A stretch of DNA of 64,000 bases from contig JARFXS010000002.1 in the NCBI GenBank assembly GCA_029194465.1, positions 41,413-105,412 of the forward strand, in the 5' to 3' direction. The DNA is from Candidatus Nitrosocosmicus sp. GTDB lineage: Archaea > Thermoproteota > Nitrososphaeria > Nitrososphaerales > Nitrososphaeraceae. The notes beneath the pieces were generated by a model that worked only from the letters and a program-made list of their open reading frames with translations, was not told the origin of the DNA and searched no databases. Positions 57,840 through 64,000 of this stretch are shown here, piece after piece (within the stretch, counting starts at the first letter, position 1; the number at the start of each line of letters is the position of its first letter). The position numbers were made by a program, and so were the translations under genes.

Positions 57840-59190
57840 ATGAAAGAGGTTCGACCATAAATAATAACCACGTTGTAATTATTGGTGCAGGTATTCTAGG
57901 AACAACTTTAGCATATGCTATTTCTACTCTGTCGAGCCCCAAAGATAACAATAATTGAGCAAGAAGAAAGGGCAGGTTTGCACACTAGTTCGAGAAATAC
58001 CGGCAAGGTCCATGCACCTTTTATCTATAATCCGGAGAAGAAGAAAATCTCAACAAGCCGCCTTATATGGTTATAATTTTGGAAAAGATATTGTCAAGCA
58101 AATAATATTTTGTTTGTAGAGATGGAGTAATTGAAGTAGCAAATGATGAAAAAGCATTAGCTACACTTTCACAACACTTGAATGGGAATAAAAAATGGTC
58201 TAGAGGAAAGGAGATAATGATGATGGATAAAAAGGAGATATCAATTTTTGAACCCAATCTTAAATGTCAGTGCTGATCTTATGCAATAAAGAGTCGTAGT
58301 AGATTACGGCTGATTACCCAAAGATTAGCAACCCAGATATGCTGTGAAATCACCAAGTAACTTTCATAACGCGATCTAAAGTTCTAAACATTAAAAATAG
58401 AAGTGATTTGAGTCCTGAAATTATCCTAGAATATATCAACCCTTTTGAAAACAAGATAAAAGAAATTAAATGTGATTTCGATCAGCGCCGCTGGAAGCAA
58501 TTCAATTAATATATTAGATATGACTAAAACAATCCATCAGTATACCGACTTTTTTAGAGAGGTGAATACTGGATAGCACCACCAAAATATAACAAACTTA
58601 CAAACCATAGTATTTATTCAGCATCGAATTCCAACAATTTCCTTTTTCTGGATCTCTACTGATAATTAGAGTAAACGAAACAGAGAAGCAGGACCAATGC
58701 ATGTCCTGTTTTTCACCCTATGGCTATAACAAGATTGTCCCTCCAAAACATACAAACTTATGAGGGAAAACAATAAAATAAATAGAACGTTATTCAGTAG
58801 AGAAATGCTCAATCTAATCTACAAGGAAGATTATGTATTTCTTGCAATATATGATAAATAGAGTGAAAGAGGTTTTCTTTCCCCATTATAGAAGATAGAG
58901 ACTTTAGAATTCGTGGAACTGCTGGAATTGATCAAACTTGATAGACAAGGAAGGTAATTTTGTAATGAATCCAATTTTCATGCTGAGAACAACATGCTTC
59001 AGTATATTAAATTACAATTCTCCAGGAGCCACAGGTGCCTTCCATAAGTTATTCATAATTTTTAAACTTTCAGCGAGAGGATTATGAATGATCGAGAAGA
59101 TGAACACAAAGATGCTCATGTAGCGTTTTTTGACCAGAAACTAATTGATTTGTAAGTATGAAATTGATTCTGATTTTAGCATAATCATAA
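57840..59190 (+). pseudogene. FAD-dependent oxidoreductase (L-2-hydroxyglutarate oxidase/DAO-like), multiply frameshifted
   Basis: VVIIGAGILG, IEQE, HTSSRNTGKVH, RGEYW, FPFL, NYNSPGATGA. Confidence 0.8.
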
Positions 59191-59274
59191 AATTAATAAA
59201 CAAAGGATTAAAGCTGATAACATATTTTACATACTTTGCCATGTGCATAATATAGTATAATACGAAAATAGGAA

Positions 59275-59351
59275 GTGGATCATAGTTCAGCTTGGTATGA
59301 CGTTAAATTTCGGGGCGCTGGAGGTCGTTGGTTCAAATCCGGCTGATCCCA
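59275..59351 (+). tRNA. tRNA-Pro (anticodon probably CGG or GGG; sequence noisy)
   Basis: GGATCA/TGATCC acceptor stem, D-loop AGCTTGGTA, T-loop GGTTCAAATCC. Anticodon arm is corrupted. Confidence 0.75.
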
Positions 59352-59690
59352 TTTTAGAATAATAGATTTCATGGATATCATTCAATTTGGGTAATATACA
59401 CAAGTAACGTCTGAGACATTGTTATGTATATATTATCAATAGAAACCCAAAGATCGCACCAACTCAAATGTAAACTAATATAAGAATATTAATAATACTA
59501 TTAAATGATAGTAGCGAACTTTAGATTATTTAAAAAGATTTGGGATAAATCGTTCAAAATAATTTAAAATTAATAATATTTTACTAATAAATTGATAATT
59601 TTGATTATGTATTTAGAAAGAATTTTTATAAAGATTGACCAGCCATAAATTTTAAATAGTGTGGACAAGATACTAGAATAAATTATTAAT

Positions 59691-60735
59691 TTGGACGATG
59701 TAGAAGATAGTAAAGAAAATAACCACTGATGAACTCGCGGACCTCAAAGAAAATCTAATGAAAAGCGGCACTAATACACAGCAATCGCCCAATTTAGTCG
59801 AAGAAGGAATCATCGCAGGTAAAAGATTGCAAAATCTGTTGTGACTTTTACTGGTTATAGGTATTGTAGAAATAATTACAGGAATTCTCAGCGGCAGTGT
59901 TGTTGCTACCGCTGATGGATTAGATTCAATTATCAGATGCAGCCATTTCTTTTATAGTATTATTAGGCTAAGGATCGCACATAAACCGTTTTGACAAAAA
60001 GTTCTTATTTTGGATATCATAGCCGGAAGTTTTTACAGCATTAACAGCTGCGTTAGGGATGATAGTGATTGGTCTGGTCATTTTAAATTCCATCAGGCAT
60101 TGATTCATCCTCATGAAATAAGACATCCTTATATTGTTATGGCGTACGAATGAGCAAGTGCATTATCACTTCATAGAGCATTTCAAATGCGCATTATAGC
60201 CAATAAACATAATTTGCCTCACTAAAGACAGATGCGAGAAATTCCATAAAAGATGGATTTCAGCTTTGAAGTTATTGGTTTCTTTAGTATACTTATTGCA
60301 ACACAATTTGCTGCTTTTATAAATGGACGCAATAGGTGAATGATAATTAGCATGTTATATCTTCTCAGTTTCATATTTATCCTTTAAAAAATCATCTCGA
60401 TATTAGTAGACCCATGGCAAACCCAAAATTAACAGTGGTTAAAAACATAATTTCAGAGCAATTTAGCGATGAAAAAATAGTAGTCAGAGACGTATTACTT
60501 CGTTCTTCGGGTATGATAGATCAGCAGAGATCCATATAGCAGTTGATGGAAAGTTGAATCATTAGAAGAAGTCGAAATGCTATCTTTAAAAATACAGTTG
60601 TAATTAGTTCACAATTTCCTCCATTGAAAAGAGAGTTTTAGTGATACCACATCCTTATTCCGCTTCTGAGACTCGTGTAACTTCAAGAATGGATCGATTC
60701 AGGAATATAAAATTAAAAAGACTTCATATGAATAG
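59691..60735 (+). pseudogene. Cation diffusion facilitator (CDF) transporter, multiply frameshifted
   Basis: SGSVVATADGLDS (TM2), FGYH, KTDARNSIKD (TM5), C-terminal dimerisation-type domain ending IPHP. Confidence 0.75.
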
Positions 60736-60984
60736 AATATCAAACAGATGAAAAAAACACCAAATAAGATATGTCTCGTTGGTAATTACAACAATCATTT
60801 TTTATTTGAATGATATTCAATGATCTTGATTCAATATTTGAAATCCATGACTAATAATATACCGGTTTTGATCTATGAAAGAATATGGGACAGAAAACAC
60901 ATACAAAATACTATTAGGTTCAATAATTACATAAATGAGTTTATACTTTTATTGGTAATAAATATCGAATTAAATAGTTTCATT

Positions 60985-62227
60985 ACTGTAAATAAATTTT
61001 TAGCGACTTCAGCAGTATTAGCAATATCATTTACTACTTTAGGTCCAACTTCAATGACCATGAATGTATTTGCTACAACCAATACAGCCAACCAAGGCAT
61101 AGGCCAATCACAATCTTCAACTCAACTTTGGTGTTTGTATCAGGTGACGGCACCTTTTCTCATGTAATAACCTGAGTGACCAAAATCACAAATAGCGGAA
61201 ATAAGCAGCAGCACAGCAATGGCAACGATGATGACGATGATGACGATGATGACGATGATGGCAACATACTAACCAAGCAATCGGTCAAGCACAACTTTCT
61301 GAACGTAACCAAAAATGCTCTATGTGTATCAGGGACTGGAACGTTTGTTTCGTGTAACAACTTGAATACACAAAACCAACAAAACAGCGGAAACAATGCA
61401 CTAGCACAACAAGGTGTAGCGGTAGTGGTGGCACTTGTTTAACCAAGCAATCGGTCAAGCACAACTCTAACCAAGGTAGTGGTGTGTATCTGGTGGCAAC
61501 ACCGTTGATTCAGGAAACAACGCAAATACACAAAGTCAAACAAACACTGAAACAATGCAGCAGCACAACAAGGTGGTAGCGGTAGTGGTGCAGCAACACG
61601 GTTAACCAAGGCATAGGCCAATCACAATCTCAACTAAGGTAGTGGTGTAGTATCTGGTGGCAACACTGCTGGTTAGGAAAACAACGCAACACACAAAGTC
61701 AAATAACACCGGTAGTAACGCTGTCGGATAACAAGGTGGTAGCGGTAGGTGGCAACACAGTTAAACCAAGGCATAGGCCAATCAAGTAACCTCTAAACGA
61801 AGGTAGTGGTGTAGTATCTGTGGCAACACTGCCGATTCAGGAAACAACGCAAATACACAAAGTCAAACAAACACTGGAAACAATGCAGCAGCACAACAAG
61901 GTGGTAGCGGTAGTGGTGGCAACTACCAACAACCAAGGATAGCCAATCAGCAAACCTTCAACCAAGGTAGTGGTAGTATTCATGGCAACACTATTGATTC
62001 AGGAAACAACGCAAATACAATAAAGTCAAACAAACACTGAAACAATGTAGCACAACAAGGTGGTAGCGGTGGTACAAATACATTGCTTCAACTGCTGCAT
62101 AGGCCAATCACAATCCTCTAACCAAGGTAGTGGTGTAGTATCTGGTGGCAACACTGCTGATTCAGGAAACAACGCAAATACACAAAGTCAAAATAACACC
62201 GGTAGTAACGCTGTCGGACAACAATAA
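60985..62227 (+). pseudogene. Secreted Gln/Asn/Gly/Ser-rich tandem-repeat protein, frameshifted in this assembly
   Basis: Signal-like leader ending VFA, then TANQGIGQSQSS. About 7 repeat units, with a poly-Asp insert at 61226-61260. Confidence 0.7.
61060..62227 (+). repeat. Imperfect tandem repeat of about 163-165 bp (about 55 aa), roughly 7 units
   Basis: Motifs aaccaaggcataggccaatcacaatc, aaggtagtggtgtagtatctggtggcaacact and caggaaacaacgcaaatacacaaagtcaaa recur near 61470, 61635, 61800, 61960 and 62120. Confidence 0.9.
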
Positions 62228-62559
62228 ACATAATTTTTTTTCTATTTTTTTTATCAGTTATTTCTCATATATCTTTACTAAGTTATTACAACATGATCAT
62301 TCAAAATTAGTCATTAGTCAATCTTCAATAATGATCTAAAAACAGTTGTGTAATCTTATTAAATATTTAGATGGATAGTAAAGAATAGATGTCATATTAG
62401 AAGACCAGAAAAAAAGTAAATAATAGAACCAAATCAGATTTTAATCCTCAATCTAGTATTACCTAAGGTTAGAATTCGTACAAATATCAAACAGAGCGAA
62501 TGGACCACAATCATTGAATAAAAGAAGGTAAATTGGGTGTAAACCCATAATGAAATGGA

Positions 62560-62748
62560 TTACGTATTCTTACGTGATGCTTTTCCGCCGGCCCTCGCTA
62601 CTCGTGTTCTAGTTTCTTCGCTAGCTGCTTGTAATCCTCTTTCATCATGCTTGGCTTTTCCGCCGGCCCTCGCTACTCGTGTTCTAGTTTCTTCGCTAGC
62701 TGAAGCTAAACCTCTATTATTACCATTTTTGTTGTTATTTTGAGGCAT
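62560..62748 (-). CDS. KGG-repeat stress-induced protein (Con-10/YciG/GsiB-like)
   Basis: RGL.xASEETRTRVARAGGKA twice, with a 75-bp period and about 49 bp identical. Confidence 0.85.
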   Translation of the reverse strand: MPQNNNKNGNNRGLASASEETRTRVARAGGKAKHDERGLQAASEETRTRVARAGGKASRKNT

Positions 62749-63342
62749 AATATCAATATATGTAAAACATACTATTTAATCTCTATTACCTTTGTCAAGT
62801 CCAATCGAAGATCTGAGTCGCCAATTCAAGGATTCATAGGCGTTCTATTCTTGAAATATTAAATCAAACAAAGATTTGAAACTTAAAAACAAGCAACATA
62901 CATTAATGATCAAATTCATTCATTCATTCAACGAGAAATTAAAGTAGTTATAAAAAGGATAACAATTTTAGTCTATTTTGCCTATTGATATAAAATATAC
63001 ATTAGTTCATCTAGACTAGAGAATTCTCCGAACCTCTAATGGAATCTATAAAAAACTTTAAAAATAGTAACACCAACATGTCTTGAGGTCTTGTATTCAA
63101 GGTTTTAAAATCTGGTATATGATCAATAAGATATGAAGTTGGTAACTTATTAGATGCTTAAATTCTAAAATCAAAACCTAGGTGTGAAGGATCGACTGGT
63201 ATTTTAGAAACCATTCAGATCCAATGATACGGTAATATGTTGCAAAGATAGGGAGAACGAGTTTATTTCCGTATTAATTCAATTGATAAAAGTTGAGATC
63301 TTACTAATGAGTGTTTAAATTCATTGATATTCATAATCACAC

Positions 63343-63603
63343 ATGACACAAATATGTGAACATATTGATAAATCTAACACGAAGGAATTGACACCAAGCA
63401 CCATAGGATGTGAAGAATGTCAAAATGAAGGAAAGAATTGGGTTGCATTACGAATGTGTCTTACTTGCGGTCATGTCGGTTGTTGCGATTCTTCAGTCGG
63501 ACTTCATGCTAGGAAACACTTTGAGAATCACAAACATCCAGTTATAGTAGAGCTGCCAAAAAAATCGTGGAAATGGTGCTATGAACATGAATCATATGGT
63601 TGA
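63343..63603 (+). CDS. Stand-alone UBP-type zinc finger (ZnF-UBP/BUZ) protein
   Basis: CEH...GCEEC...WVALRMCLTCGHVGCCDSS...HARKHF...HP...W.WCY. Confidence 0.9.
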   Translation: MTQICEHIDKSNTKELTPSTIGCEECQNEGKNWVALRMCLTCGHVGCCDSSVGLHARKHFENHKHPVIVELPKKSWKWCYEHESYG

Positions 63604-63934
63604 TATAAAGAAATAAGTCCTTAAGACGAAGATAATCTGATTTGTATTATTGAGATAATTGATTCTACTCTCTATAGATTTCAGGATTGCCATGGAAATA
63701 GCATCATGAAATTGGTTTGACTACGCAAAATTAACACCAGTTAAAGTTGCATCTTAGTAGTGAGAAAAATACTTTAATCTAGTCATTTGATTTCTTGTGT
63801 AGCTTTGAGACAAGTTCACAGATTTACTATTGTATTAGGAAAAATCTGTTAGCTGTTATCAAAAAGATAGCACAGAACTGAGCAGCACAGCATAATAAAT
63901 AAAAATCCAACATAAATTAGATTCTTAATAGAAA

Positions 63935-64000
63935 TAGCCCGGCCCAGATTCGAACTGGGGTCAAAGGCTCCAAAGGCCTCTATGCTTGGCCACTACACTC
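63935..64000 (-). tRNA. tRNA-Gln(TTG), 5' end cut off by the window edge
   Basis: Reverse complement: GTGTAGTGGCCAAGCAT, AGAGGC-CT-TTG-GA-GCCTTT, CCCAGTTCGAATCTGGG, CCGGGCTA. Confidence 0.92.

Noticed and set aside
56728..58257. Minus-strand short ORFs 56728, 57401 and 58063
   Set aside because: 56728 and 58063 are antisense shadows of the frameshifted Bax1 and FAD oxidoreductase genes. 57401 has no recognisable motif.
61060..62227. Regularly spaced repeats as CRISPR
   Set aside because: The whole ~165-bp unit repeats with no unique spacers. It is coding and there are no cas genes.
63592..63603. ZnF-UBP C-terminus SYG as an HbYX motif
   Set aside because: Ser is not hydrophobic and the tail is too short to dock, so this is likely coincidence.
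59275..63935. tRNA-anchored integrated element between tRNA-Pro and tRNA-Gln
   Set aside because: No integrase and no duplicated tRNA 3' end seen.

Overview
AT-rich archaeal chromosomal segment. Gene content points to an ammonia-oxidising archaeon of the Nitrososphaeraceae, most like Ca. Nitrosocosmicus (inferred from mpgS, XPB-Bax1, Hef, PAC2 and many lineage-type secreted proteins, not from a search). 1-31 kb holds many secreted or membrane proteins, several rich in His or Met, plus a USP-GT4/GH130 stress-carbohydrate group, a radical SAM enzyme, an ArsR/SRPBCC pair and a proteasome beta-alpha operon. 32-49 kb is a cell-surface cluster: two PQQ-type dehydrogenases (one fused to a cupredoxin, one to a GT39-like glycosyltransferase), three Kelch proteins, a beta/gamma-crystallin, MpgS, GT39 and GT2-GtrA. 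49-64 kb holds PAC2, Hef, XPB, Bax1, an FAD oxidoreductase, tRNA-Pro, a CDF transporter, a Gln/Asn/Gly repeat protein, a KGG protein, a ZnF-UBP protein and tRNA-Gln. About 51.4-62.2 kb is full of frameshifts, even inside the tRNA, which suggests assembly error rather than pseudogenisation. Top leads: (1) an atypical proteasome operon whose alpha lacks all four open-gate residues (Y8/D9/P17/Y26) and whose beta appears to lack a propeptide; (2) two unannotated paralogous 42-44 aa Cys/His microproteins; (3) a curli-like tandem-repeat secreted protein; (4) a GT39-PQQ dehydrogenase fusion; (5) a set of candidate extracellular copper-binding proteins.
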